From assembly GCA_963693365.1 (NCBI GenBank), contig CAVNZM010000015.1:3162001-3226000 (forward strand): a DNA stretch of 64,000 nt, given 5' to 3'. The notes under the pieces are model-generated. The model was not told the origin of the DNA. It worked only from the letters and a program-made list of their open reading frames with translations, and ran no database searches. Shown one piece after another: positions 1 through 13,542 of this stretch. The position numbers and the translations under genes are program-made. The DNA is from Amoebidium appalachense. Lineage: Eukaryota; Protista; Ichthyosporea. How positions within the stretch are numbered: position 1 is the stretch's first letter; each line of letters starts with the position of its first letter.

Positions 1-163
1 ATTCCGTTTCAAACCCTCGTGTTGTATGTTGAAGTGACATCAGCACACTGTTTATTGAAGATGAAACTGCACATATTAATAGGCAATGTATTGACGATTC
101 CTAATATATTTTAAATCCATGCACCGAGGGGTTGGTGTCCCCCCCCCCTCCCCCCCTCCCCCC

Positions 164-194
<31 letters not shown>

Positions 195-959
195 AAAAAA
201 AAAAAAAAAACACCAATCAACACACCAGAGGAGAGCTTGTTCTATTCCATTGTGCGATCATCTTTGCTCCGATCAAAATCCTTCACACGGCGTGGCTGGG
301 ATAGTAACCCTGGGCAAAGTGTGTACTTATAGTAAGGTTTGTGAATGATCGTTTAGCTTAGCTGAGCACATAGATAGCAACCTAACTAGCATACTGTCGG
401 TGCTGTGTGGTAGACGGCAGTTCCCTCCAGGGTATGCAAAGGTCCTCCGGGAACAAAACGTGATAAAAAAAAAAAAGAGAGAGAGAAATGAGTTGGGAAA
501 ACGTTAAGGTAGTTGAGCTCATGGCTACCCATGCATATGGCCATGTGGCTGTATGTGTGAGGTCGACACTCAGGCTGTTTTTTTGTGTGTGTTTGTGCAG
601 TCTACTTCCGGCACTAATATGGTGTCACGGCCGCGGGCGGGAAAAGTAGTTATTATTAATAATATGAGAGGCCCATTCGCCTTTTTTGTGTCAAGTTGTG
701 TGTGTCTATTCAACGGCTTGTGTTTTTTCTTTTTTAAAAAATGGCACACGCACACGTGTGCCTTTTAAAATCAACTGCAAGTAACACTCTTTGCGATTGC
801 TGCTTGCGATAATCATTCTTTTATGCGCCCTTGTTCCTCAGAGACAGAGTGGTAGATACGGAAGGGTGCACACGAGCAAAAAAAGAATATAAACGAAAGG
901 AAAGCATGTGTTATAGTGCCCTGTGTATATATTTGTTGATTTATCCGGTGCATGCACGA

Positions 960-2149
960 TCGCATTGGTGGCTACGGACAAGGAGGGGAATAATGTCGGG
1001 AACTGCCTCAATTGGGCAAACGCCGTGCTCGTAGGAGACGCTAAGGCGACGGACGGTTCTACCGTACGAGTGCGATAAAATCAGCAATTGGCGAAGCGGT
1101 GGTTTTAGCAAAGCCGCTGCAAAGGTTTTGCATGCACCCGCCGAAGCCCAGGGTTAACCATTTTCCCAAGCTATGGACGGTGATGCAGGTACTGTGTACA
1201 TGAGCCCATATTCCAACCCTAACCCCAACCAAAGCCCTCCGCAATATTTCGTTCTCGACTTAGGTGCCAAATTTGAAACGAGCCGGTTTACCTACTTGCC
1301 GCGACAGGCCGGACCTACGGGACGTACTGCCGGCTTTGAATATTATTTATCGAATAGCCCGGACGTGTGGGGCGCCCGTCACAACGGGAAAATGGAGTAA
1401 AGACGATGCGAACCTTCAAACCGTCTCTTTTCCGACAACTCCGGCGCGGTATGTTATGTTTAACATGACGAAAGGGAATGCAAACGTAGTGAGCATACAG
1501 GAATTTGATATAGTTGTGATGGGCGCGAGTGAAGAGGTGCCATGTGGACGTGAGAGTTTTTTCCTTGTTCCGGCCCCGCCAGAGGGTTCTTTTTCGCGCA
1601 CTACAGCTACGGATGTGTGCGGTAGGCAAGGGCTCATGTTTGCTGGTGTGACTTCGCTGGAAACTGCAAAAGTCAAAGGTGTGTTATTTTTCCGGAAAAT
1701 TCGATGTGAAATTCGAAATAGTTACTGATCAATGGAAGCATTAGTATCTTCTCTAGCCACAACACATCCCCCCCCCCCCCCCCCCCTATCCTCCCCCCTC
1801 CCCCCCCCAGCGGACACCCCCCTTCCCCCCCTCCCCCCCCCCCCCCCCTCCCCTCCCCCCTCCAACCCCCCAAAAAAGGCCTGCGTAGAGATTAATGCAA
1901 GGCCCATACTGATTGGAGAGTAAAAATTAGCGCACTGCGTATCAAATGTCGATAAAGTGCGATGATTCGCCCCGTCTCCCTCTCGTTTCGACATTCGTGA
2001 ATTGCCTAAATTTGGCCTGTGCAACATATAAACATCTGCAAAAAAAAACAAAAAAACAATGGGATCATCCAAGGCCACCAGACACATGTGTTTGCTTCTG
2101 TGCTGCCAAACAATTACCTACGTCCACAACCACTCTAATACAATCTTTT

Positions 2150-2199
<50 letters not shown>

Positions 2200-2806
2200 C
2201 TCCCCCCTCCTCCCCCCAGGACCCCCGCCCCCTCCTTCTCCTTCTCCCACCTCCCCCCGTCTCATTCAACCACCCCTCGCCCACCCCACTTGGGCCAAGT
2301 GGAACCTACCCACCCCGGCACCCACCCCTTTTGTCCCTTCACCTGCCGGGCCCCCCCCCCCCCCCCCCCCCCCCCTGCCTTTTCCCTCTTGAAGTTCTCC
2401 TTCCCCTCCCCATTTCCCTACCTTAACCTACTCTTTTACGATTCCTTCCCCCCCCCCCCCCCCCCTCCCCCGTTCCTCCCCTTCTCTTCACTCCCCGCCC
2501 CCCCTCCCCCCCCCCCCCCCCCCAAAAAAAAAATAAATAAATAAATAAATAAATAAATAAAACATTAAAAAAAAAGGAGAATGGAAAAGGCCCCCTTTCC
2601 TTTGCATTTCGTGCAACTACTTACTGGAAGAATCCCGCCTACCCCCAGATGCCCTTTCCCACTGTGAGACCAAATCTGCCTAGGCTGCACATTGGAATGG
2701 AGACAGCTATGGCGGTAGTGCCTGCCTGGCTATACTAGGCAACTGGATGCCCTATATCCAACCATGTGAGGCAACACAGTGTGCTGTATTGTGCAAGCTG
2801 GTGTGA
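960..2806 (+). pseudogene. Degenerate carbohydrate-binding protein gene: NPCBM-like tail, F5/8 type C (discoidin/CBM32) domain, C-type-lectin-like Cys module
   Basis: Translates as IALVATDKEGNNVGNCLNWANAVL (NPCBM-like end), AMDGDAGTVY..PQYFVLDLG..FTYLPRQ..YYLS..W, then after a frameshift at ~1372 VSFPTTPARYV..SIQEFDI (F5/8C). A Cys segment follows, and a last fragment HWNGDSYGGSACLAILGNW..PCEATQCAVLCKLV* lies at ~2690-2806. In-frame stops near 1076, 1106 and 1155. Confidence 0.6.
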
Positions 2807-2849
2807 GAGGCAGTAATTAATGTTATGTATGTGGTATTGCATTGATATT

Positions 2850-3005
2850 CGAAGTGGTGTTTGATTGGCTGGTATTGCATGCATCATGTTAAAGGTGGTG
2901 TTTGATTGGCTAGTATTGCATGCATCATGTTAAAGGTGGTGTTTGATTGGCTAGTATTGCATGCATCATGTTGAAGGTGGTGCTTGATTGGCTAGTATTG
3001 CATTA
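2850..3005. repeat. Tandem repeat, ~39-bp unit (GGTGGTGTTTGATTGGCTAGTATTGCATGCATCATGTTAAA-like), ~4 copies
   Basis: Direct reading of near-identical consecutive units. Confidence 0.9.
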
Positions 3006-3249
3006 TGTTAATCTTGTACAGATTGAACCTTGCATGTGTGGTTGGTTATTTGTGGGGGAAGCCCGATGATAGATGTCCTTGCATACCTCAATGCTATGAG
3101 AAGCATACTGTAATTAAAAGAAAAGCAGCACAATCAATGATGATAGCATCATGTCTAGCCACATGTACTTCCTCCTCTCTCCCCCCCCCCCCTCTCCCCC
3201 CTCCCTCCCCCCTCCCCCCTTTATCCCCCCCCCCCCCCCCCCCCCCCGG

Positions 3250-3613
3250 GCCGCCTCCCCCCTCTCCCCGGTCCCTGCTCCGTCCGTCCCTCGATGCGGA
3301 GGCTCCCTCCCCCCCCAGGCCCGGCTGTACCCGACAATAAACAATCATCGTTTCACCGGAGTCATCATAGTAAAGTTTACAAGTTAACTTGTTCTGTATT
3401 TAGTACGATGGTTGAGGCCGGGGGGGAAGGGGGGGGGGGGGGGAACAGCCATCGTACTAAATACAGAACGGTTAACTTGTAAACTTTACTAATATGATGA
3501 CTCCGGTGAAATGATGATTGTTTATTGTCGGGTACAGCCGGGCCTGGGGGGGGAAGGGAGCCTCCGCATCGAGGGACGGACGGAGCAGGGACCGGGGAGA
3601 GGGGGGAGGCGGC
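3250..3613. mobile_element. Foldback/MITE-like inverted repeat: ~163-bp arms (3250-3412, 3449-3613), G-rich spacer, flanked by a C-run on the left and a G-run on the right
   Basis: The left arm (GTCCCTGCTCCGTCCGTCCCTCGATGCGGAGGCTCC...GTATTTAGTACGATGG) is the reverse complement of the right arm with a few mismatches. The ORF track shows mirrored peptides on both strands. Confidence 0.8.
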
Positions 3614-4947
3614 GGCGGGGGGGGGGAGGGGGGGGGGGGGGGGGGGGGGGGAGGGGGGGGGAGGGGGGAGGGAGGGGGGGGAGGGGGGGGGGGGGGTTTG
3701 CCGGCATTCTGCGAAGTAGGGTAAAGAGGAGGGAGGGAAGTAGGGTGGCGAGGAGGGGAAGGGTTTAGGGGTTTTTCCGGGGGGGGGGGGGGGGGGGGGG
3801 GGGGGAAGACCAAAAGGAGGGATGCCGAATCGGCTATTACAGAAATAATAGCAAAATTTTAATAAACGGGTGGCAAGTTAAGAGCAGCAGCGAGGTTTAT
3901 GTGTTGCGTGTGGGAACGGTTTGCATGTCTGCCTAAGCAACTAAGCAAGGAAGACAGAGAGGGGGGCATGTGGGGAGCAACTCACACTTTCAGGCACACT
4001 GTCATACCAAAACCATCACAACACACTACGCACAAACCAAACACCCGATATGCGATCACATGCGTGTACACCGCAAAAGACACTCGCACACCCATTTACA
4101 CACCACACACAACACCAAAACAACCTTTCACACACACCACACTGCGCTCAAACAACCACATACAACATTAAGCACCCATTCATATATACACCACACACAC
4201 ACACGAACACCCAAACACCCAATGGCATTCACACACTTAACACACAAAAGGCCCCTTTGATCCGTGATTTCAAACATTTATTGAAACGTTTTTTGAACCC
4301 CCACTGACTGCAAGTTGCAGAATATTTTTTTTTTTTTTTTTTTTTTAAGGTGCGATTGGATATTCCATATTTATCTATAGGTATACATACACTGCATGCA
4401 CATACGCGTGGCCAATGATCACTTTCAACATCATAAAAGATAATCGAAAGAAAATGGGTATCTACGGCGGTCCAGCCGCCCCGTGAAAATTTGAAAATTT
4501 CAACATGCATAGTTATCCCAAAACACCAATGATACTGAACACTTCAAAATCTATTAGCAGACTCCGACTCTAAAATTCCACGAGCACACTTTTAGGGATT
4601 GTTATACGGCAACCTGTTGAATCTGTCCACACCCAACTTGATCCAAAAAAAAATAAAAAATAAAAAATAAAAAATAAAATAAAAGAAAAGAAAAAGAAAG
4701 AAAGAACCCCCCCCCCCCCCCCCCCCCCCGACGCTCCACAACAAACAACAAAAAAGTTACTATTTGGTGTGGCTAGATATGCACGTGTGCTTGTTCCATA
4801 CATGTATATGTATGTATGCACATTCCACACAACAAAGTTTGTGTTTTGATCCAGAGATGTAACTCGTGGGTGGCCACGCCCATTTTACATTCACACCACG
4901 AGACAGGAGATGTGTGTGGTTCTGGGTTCCCCACAGCCCGGGAGGGA

Positions 4948-4984
<37 letters not shown>

Positions 4985-4999
4985 TTTCTTTAATATTGC

Positions 5000-5411
5000 T
5001 TAAAGGTAGTTGCGCTTCTTTGCGGTGTTCATGTAGGGCTTGGCCACCCATTCCGTGTCTGCCTCTGCTTGGTCCACCGTGCCCAGCTTGATTTGGTAGA
5101 CTGTGCATTGAGAAGGTAGGGTTAGAGTTTGATTGCTTTCTTTAAAGTTAAGAGTTTTGGTTTTTTTAAACTTCTCTTCTTTTTCTTTGCTCTTCTTTCT
5201 TCTTTCTCCCCCCCCCCCCCCCCCCCCTCCCCCCATCTGTCTCTTCCTTTCCATCTCCCCCCCCCCCCCCCCCCCCCTCCTCCCCATCTGTCTCTTCCTT
5301 TCCATCTCCCCCCCCCCCCCCCCCCAAATCTGTTCCTCTTCCTCTCCATCCCCCCCCTTCCTTGTTATTTTTCATTTCATTTTATTATAGTTTATTCTAT
5401 TTTTTTTATTT

Positions 5412-5464
<53 letters not shown>

Positions 5465-5646
5465 GGGGGAAGTGGGGAAGGAGTATCGATGTGCAACACC
5501 AGACATGGTTGGAAAGATCATGTACCCCTGCCGAAATGCAAACATTCACATAAGAAGTTCCCAACCATTAAAAAAAAAAGCCATTCGGGTCACGGTCGAA
5601 GAGAGACAAAGAGACCGGGAGGCGAAAGGGCGAAAGGGCGGTTGGG

Positions 5647-5685
<39 letters not shown>

Positions 5686-6100
5686 AACGAACACTTAGAA
5701 AGTACTTAGTATGACATGCGAAAAGGTGGTATATATTTGTGTGTATGTGTGTGTGCGCGCGTGTGTGTGCGTTTATGTCTGTCTCCCTCTCCCGTTCTGT
5801 CCCCCCCCCCCCCCCCCCCCCCCCCTCTCCATCTCTCCCCCTCGTTGTCCCCACGTCCCTAGTCCCCCCCTGCCTCCCCGTCTCTCTGTGGATGTGTGTG
5901 TGTGCGTGTGTGTGTGTGCGCGCGCGCATCGCGTGTGTGCTTGTGTGTGTATGTCGCACGCGCATTTCCATTTTCGTGTGTGTGTTTGGGAAGGAAGGGG
6001 GAGGGGGGAGGGGAACACGTACCCTTCATCTCAAATCGTGGCCCAATCTCTGACAGTACCACATCCTTTCCATCCTTCTTGAATGTGTGGTGCCTGGAAG

Positions 6101-6132
<32 letters not shown>

Positions 6133-6245
6133 ATGTATGCGTTAGAGGGTTGGAAATATGGAGGAGACAACAAAAAGCAACAGCAAAAACGTTACAAAAA
6201 TGAGAAGTGTGCAGGCAGAAGGCACTTGTACGGAGCCCATCATCA

Positions 6246-6304
<59 letters not shown>

Positions 6305-6466
6305 CTTGATAGTAGTGCCTCATAACACATGCACCGATATACCGATTAATCAACCCCTTCCCCCCCCGCACCCCCCCCCCCCTCCTCCTCCTCCCCCCTC
6401 CCCCCAAAACCCACCCCCTCACCCCGTCACCTCCCCCCCCCCCTCCCCCCCCCCCCCCCCCCCCCC

Positions 6467-6512
<46 letters not shown>

Positions 6513-6856
6513 AACCGTCACCACTACCTTTAGCATCACCCAATCACTCACATACCCACCTCGGCTCGTTTTTCAGTTTGTACTTAGTTCTGTTCATACG
6601 GCCTGGCTCATAACCCCCCCCCCCCCCCCCCCCCCCCTCCCCCCCCCCCCCCCCCCCCGCCTACCCGCCCGCCCCACCCCCCCCCTTCTCCCCCCACAAA
6701 ATAAACCAACCCATCTAATGCCCCAAAGTGTACCCAACCTCTGATTGCTCGATTTGGCATTATCGCTACCTTCAATCACCCTCGATCACGTATTGTGACT
6801 ACATGCGGTAAAACCCATGAAAGCCAAGAGGGCAAAAGGTAAGCCCCCCCCCCCCA

Positions 6857-6912
<56 letters not shown>

Positions 6913-7082
6913 GCGCGCGCATGCGTGTGCACGACGGTGAACATGCAATGTTCCTGCAGAGGTACCGTTGTCGACAAATCGGTTGCGAGCAGTGTGCGGG
7001 TGGGTGGGTGCGAGAGGGAGAGGGAGAGAGTGGGGGGTTGGGGGGTTTGGGGGGAAGGGTTTTGAAGGCGGGGGTTTTCTTT

Positions 7083-7113
<31 letters not shown>

Positions 7114-7516
7114 GGGGAGGGGGGATGTATGCATTAAAGGGTCGAAAATGACTCCGAAGGACAACATTTAAAACGCCACAAAATTCACAATATTTAACCC
7201 TAGGGTTAACATAAGCCCAGAATGGATCAAACATAGTTGATAAACATAGACAGGGTACACTCACCGGAACGAGATGTAGTCGCTGTCGTTTGCAAAAGCC
7301 ATCACACGGGTGCTGCTTTCTTTGGGCACCGGGTACAGGTACTTGAGAATGTTCTGCACCTGCACGTGCACGGAGAGTGAGCATGGGTAATCACACGTGG
7401 GAGAAAAAAAAACTGCTCCCGACCTCCCCCCCTCCCCCTTTTACGCAAAGAAAACAAAAATTTGCATACGAAGAAGTGAGCATGGGTAATGACACGTGGG
7501 AATAAAAAAAATTTCC

Positions 7517-7555
<39 letters not shown>

Positions 7556-7723
7556 CTCATACGTAAACAAAACACAAATCTGCGCAAAGTGACACAGAAC
7601 CACACCACCCCACCCATTGTGGAAATACGCACAGAAGATGCAAACACTAATCTACATGCCAGACACCAACACCCGATTTCAAACATATTGAGCATACTAC
7701 ACTCATCCTCTCTACTTTGACAT

Positions 7724-7757
<34 letters not shown>

Positions 7758-8295
7758 TTTCCACAAACACCCACACAATCACATCCACGCCCACGTACAA
7801 ATACACACGTACCCTATTTCCCAGTGTGGTAGTGAAGTTATTGAATATCAGGTGTGGGTACTGCTCAGACATGGTGCTAGTGAACTCCTTCACGTCGTGT
7901 CTCATCACAACATTGGACAGCGCAAAGTAGGCGGTGGGCCCATACGGTAGATGGCACACGATAAGACCGTCTGTGGCAAGTGGTTGGTTAATTCTAAAAA
8001 TCATTGAATGTTAAGTACACAGTAGACCCGTACGGTAGATGGTACACGTGGTACACGTAAGACCATCTGTGGCAATTGGTTGGTTATATTTTTAAAACAT
8101 TGAATGAAAAGTAGGCGGTGGGCCCATAAGGTAGATGGGCACACGATAAGACCGTGTGCGACAAACGGTTGGTTAAAACTTTAAATCATTCTGATACTTC
8201 AACACTATCTATCCTTCCCTCTCCCTTCCCCCACCTCCCTCCACGTTCCCTCCCCTCTTTTCCTTCTCCCTCTCCCTCCCTCCCCACCCTCCCCC

Positions 8296-8326
<31 letters not shown>

Positions 8327-8864
8327 GCACACACAAAAAAAAATAAATAAATGAAATAAAAAATAACACCACATGCCTGCGCACAACACGGGCACACAAG
8401 TGCGAATGCACATATCCCTCCCCCCCCCCCCCCCCCCCTCCCCCTTTCCCCTCCCCCCCCCCCCCCCAACCAACCAACCCACCACAACTTTTCAACCCCC
8501 CCCTCCCCACCCCCACCCAAAAAAGGCAACACCCCCCAACCCTTAACCACACATAACCAATAATAACAAAATCATAACTATAACGATAGTGGTAGCAACA
8601 ACAACAGCAACAACATTTACAACAATAATAAATAAAATAACAGTACCTGGCTCCCCCCTGTGCTCGTGCAATATCAGCAGGTCCGTGATGTCATTGGACC
8701 TGCATGTGTCTACAAGCTCTTTCACAACAAAGTTGCCGCGGTTGAGTCTTTGCGCATTGGGGATAAGAAGCTTAAACTCCTGGGGGGGGGGGGGGGGGGG
8801 GGGATGGGGGAAAAGGCGGGGAAAATAAGGGGAACACGAGAAGAAACCAACGGGAATAGTGGCG

Positions 8865-8904
<40 letters not shown>

Positions 8905-9259
8905 CGCGCGCGGGTGTGTGTGTGTGCGCGCGCGTGGGAGGAGAAGGAGGAAGGGGTTGTTTGGTTGGTTAGAATGTGTCATAGACTACGAAGTACTCAT
9001 TCATGACGAAAAACACATAAGATTAGAGTGCAAAGCACACACAAACAATATGCAGAATAAGCAGAGCCCATCCTCAGTGGGCGCCAAATTATCTAGAATA
9101 CCGGGGAAAGGAAGAAAGGCAAGAGAACAAGCAGGGGAGAGTGGAAGGAGGGACCTGTTGATGGGGCAGGGGGTGGGAGGAGGGGGGTGAGAGGCATCGA
9201 CAGCTGTTGCTCCTCTCATCTCCCCATCTCCCTACCTAAGTCTCTCCCCCCCCCTCCCC

Positions 9260-9290
<31 letters not shown>

Positions 9291-10301
9291 ACCCTCTCCC
9301 TCCCTCCTTTTCCCCCCTCACTCCCTCCACACATACAGGTACCATTTTGTCTCTCCAGTCACCCACCTTTCCCTTTCCTTCCAAATACCTTTCAACTTCA
9401 GAGCTAGACAATCAATACTCTGACGACCATTTGCCAAAAACGAAAAAAAAAACGCGGAGATGTAGATTAAAACATACGTGTGTGTCCTTTTTTTTTTTTT
9501 TTTTTGTGTGTGTTTGGGGGGGGGGGGGGGGGGGGGGGGAGGGGGGGAGGGGAGAGAGAAGAGAGGAGACAGACGGGGAAGGGGGGAGGGGGGGGGGGAG
9601 GGGGGGGGGGGGGGGAACGGACGGGGGGAGGGAGGAAAAGGAGGGAGGGAGGGGCATGGGGGGGGGAGGGGGAGGGGGGGGGGGGGGGGGGGGGGAGGAT
9701 GTATGCGTTAGAGGGTCGGAAATATGGAGGAGACAACAAAGAGCAACAACAAAACGTCACAAAAGTGGGAAACCCAAAATCAAACAATTTACGCGTGCAG
9801 ACAGAAGACACTTGAACAGAGCCTGTCATCAGGGGAGTTCATATGCCTCAACAAAAGCATGGGTTTCGACTCTTTGACCACTCGCGCTTTGACCACTCGC
9901 GCGTGGTTCCCAACCCATACTTTGCTTCAACAGCAACAGGCGAGTCCAATGGGGGGGAGGGGGGGTGGGGAATGAAAAGAGAGAGAGGAAGAGAAAGAGA
10001 GGAGGGATGAGAGAGAAGGGGGAAGGGGGAAGGGGGAAGGGAGGGGGGAGGGAGGGAGGGGGGGAGAGGGAGGAAAGGGGGGCGAGTCGGAAGAGGAGGG
10101 GAGAAAGAGAGTGGGGGAAAGAGAGAAACAGGGGGGGGGGGGGGGGGGGGGGGTGGGAATAGTACTTTTGCAAACTGGGCCAGACGGGAGGATGGGTCAC
10201 GGGCAGTGGTGATGACCACCTTGGGGTCCCTCACACCGGCAAAGGCATACTCGTCATCAATATGGTCACGTACCACTGTGTGTGTGTGTGTGTGTGTGTG
10301 T

Positions 10302-10338
<37 letters not shown>

Positions 10339-10487
10339 TGTGTGTGGGTGTTTGTGTGTGTATGTGTGTGCGTGTACGTGTGTGTCTGTGTGTGTATGTG
10401 GGTGTGGGTGTGTGTGTGGGGGGGGTGGGGAGGGGGAGGAGGGGAATACGTCTCTCTCTCTCTGTGTGTGTATGTATGTCTGTGTGT

Positions 10488-10532
<45 letters not shown>

Positions 10533-10688
10533 TGTGTGTGTGTGTGTGTGTACGTGTGTGGTGGGTGTTTGTGTGTGTGTGTGTGTGTATGTGGGTGTGG
10601 GTGTGTGTGTGTGTGGGGGGGGGGGTGGGAAGGGGAGGAGGGGAATACGTCTCTGTGTGTGCATGTGTGCATGTGTGCATGAGTGTGT

Positions 10689-10734
<46 letters not shown>

Positions 10735-11423
10735 ACGCGCACATGTTTGTGTGTGTATGTGTGTGTGTGTGTGAGGCGCGGGGGGGAGGTAGGGTTAGAA
10801 TACGATACCAGACAACGGGGGGCTTTAGCAATTTGAGTCAATGCACAAGGGAAGGTGTGGGGGTCGGATCGTCTCCCCAGCCCTTGTGATCACATGTCTG
10901 CTTTAATCACGCCAGCCCCCCCTCCCCCCCGCCCCCCCCCCCCCCCCTCCCTCCCCCCCTCCCCCCCCCCCCCCCCCCCCCCTTCCCTGCGATCACTCCC
11001 TACACTCACTACTACTGAACAACATCCCCCCTCCCTCCCTCCCCAAAAAGGCGGGTAGGGGTGGTGGGGATGGGAAGTAAAAAGAGTCACACAAACTGAC
11101 CACACCTGCCCTGCAGTTATTTGCCTGCTTGAAACCAATCAATTTCCTGAAAAGTGATGGCAAAAAAAAAAAAAAAAAAAAAAAAAAGAGGGCGAAGAAA
11201 AACAAAAAAGAGCAAAGAGAAAGCGGTAGAGAACAGTGCGTGTGGTGGTTGTGGTGGCGGCGGCAGCGGTGGTGGTGGTGGTGGTGCGGAGGGCGGGGGA
11301 GGGGGGGGAGGGGGGAATATAAACCTTCAGTGTTTATGTCTTCCAACTCGATTTCATGTCTCAGCGATGACTCCTCTTTTCTCAACTCCGTAGGGATGGG
11401 CTTGCCGGCTGTGGTGTGTGTGA

Positions 11424-11518
<95 letters not shown>

Positions 11519-11635
11519 CATGTGTGTGTGTGTGTGCGTGCGTGTGTGTACGAAAGGGAGAGAGAGTGAGTGAGTGAGTGAATGTTTGTGTGTGTGTGTG
11601 TGTTTGTGTGTCTGGTGTTTGGGGGCGGGGGCGGA

Positions 11636-11700
<65 letters not shown>

Positions 11701-13431
11701 AAATGCACTGTTAAGCACGAAGTACACAGAAACAAAGGACGGATGGATGGGAAAGAGAAGTGGAGAACAGACGGGAGCAGAGAGAGAGGATAGTGGCGAG
11801 GAAGCACCGGGTTGGATTCAAAGAATAGGTGGGTGGGTAAGGGAGTTGTTGAATTTGTTGTAGAGAACACAGTACACAATAATAACGGACAACATAATGC
11901 AGAGTGCAAAGCAAACATCAGGAGCATTCACAGGAAGCAGAGCCCGTCGTCGGGTGGTGGTGGTGGTGGTGGTGGTGGGGGGGGGGGGGGGGGGGGGGGC
12001 AGGGCCTTAAGTCATCCACAAAACTCGAGTTTCATCCCATTCACCTTGCAAACAAATGTAACTCTCTGAACTCTGGGGCGGGGAGAGAGGGGGAATGGAG
12101 GGGGGGGGGGGGGGGGGGGGAAGGGTTGTATGTATTTGAGGGTTGGCAACATGGAGGAGACACTAAAGGACAAAATACAAGGGGGGGGGGGGAACAGGGT
12201 GGGTAAGGCGGGGATAATGGGAAAACTCTAATAGCCTCCTTCAGTTTGCACTCTCTCCGAGGAAAACAACATGAAACAAACAAAACCATGTCTACGGTCC
12301 AGAGAAAGAAGTACATAATTAATTAGTATTAATAAAGTTCACCTTTAAAGCAGATTAAAAAATTAAAATTAATAATTATCATAAAACTCACCCTTAATTG
12401 CCTCCTTCAGCTTGCGCTTTCTCTCTGCCGTCTGCTTCTCCTTCTCCTCCAGAGCTTTCCGGTAGAGATACTCCTTGCGCAGACGCGCCTGCCGTCTGAT
12501 CTGTGGCCAATCAACTACGTTAGTGTGTGCGAGCTGTAGCCAATGAAAAGGGGTAATGAGTGTCATCTGTGGCCAATCAAATACGGTAGTGTGTACTGCT
12601 TTTTGTGTGCAAGGCCCGAAATCCTACCCAACTTGCAAGCACAAAAGGGTTAAGAGGTGGGGGTGGGAGCGGGGGAGAGGGAGGGGGGGGGGGGGGGGGG
12701 GGAGGGGGGGCATCCCTCTAAAGAATTGTTGACATAGAAGGAAAGACAATGAAACAACCGGTTGAGAAGGCAGAACAAATACCAAAGACATTTTGGCTTT
12801 GGGGGGACAGGCAACAAACAGAACAAAAGAAAGACTTATAATAAGCAAACATTTTGAACAAGCACGTGCACACCTGGACAGTCGCATTGTCGCGTACTTA
12901 TGATGGATAAGAAAAACATAGAGAGGGAAGGGGCAGAGGGTGTTTGAATGCGTCATACAGTTCGAAGTACACATGAACAACGGATAACACGATGCAGAGT
13001 GCAAGCCATACATAAAGAGTATGCATAATAAGCAGAGCCCATCCACAGGGGGAGCCCACGACATCCACAGTACCCGTGTTTAGACCCATTCACCTCGGGG
13101 AGGGGGAGGGGGGAGGGAGGGGTAACGGGGGAGGAGAGGAAAAAAGGTAAAAACGGAAGTCGGGGTGTCCAGGAAGTAATCCAGCCACATCGGCGGAGAA
13201 GGGGGCTGGGGGTTTGAATGCGGAACACATTGGGGGGGAGGGCGGGGGGAGGGGGAGGGGAGACAGGTGGGTAAGGCAGGGGGGGTAAAGAGTGGGGACA
13301 TGGGCAAGATAGGGAATGCACGACAGAAACGGAAGCATGGGGGGGAGGGGGGGGGGGGGGGGGGGGGACAGAACATAACAGTGGAGCAAGGAGCCGAATG
13401 GTTAAGGAGGGTGAAAAACCGTGGAGGGGGG

Positions 13432-13487
<56 letters not shown>

Positions 13488-13510
13488 CACGCGCGTGTGT
13501 GTCGGGGGAA

Positions 13511-13542
<32 letters not shown>

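Noticed and set aside
3490-3530. Hammerhead-like UGAUGA..GAAA..GUU in the foldback arms
   Set aside because: C3 is missing, stem II cannot close (C opposite U) and stem I is out of register.
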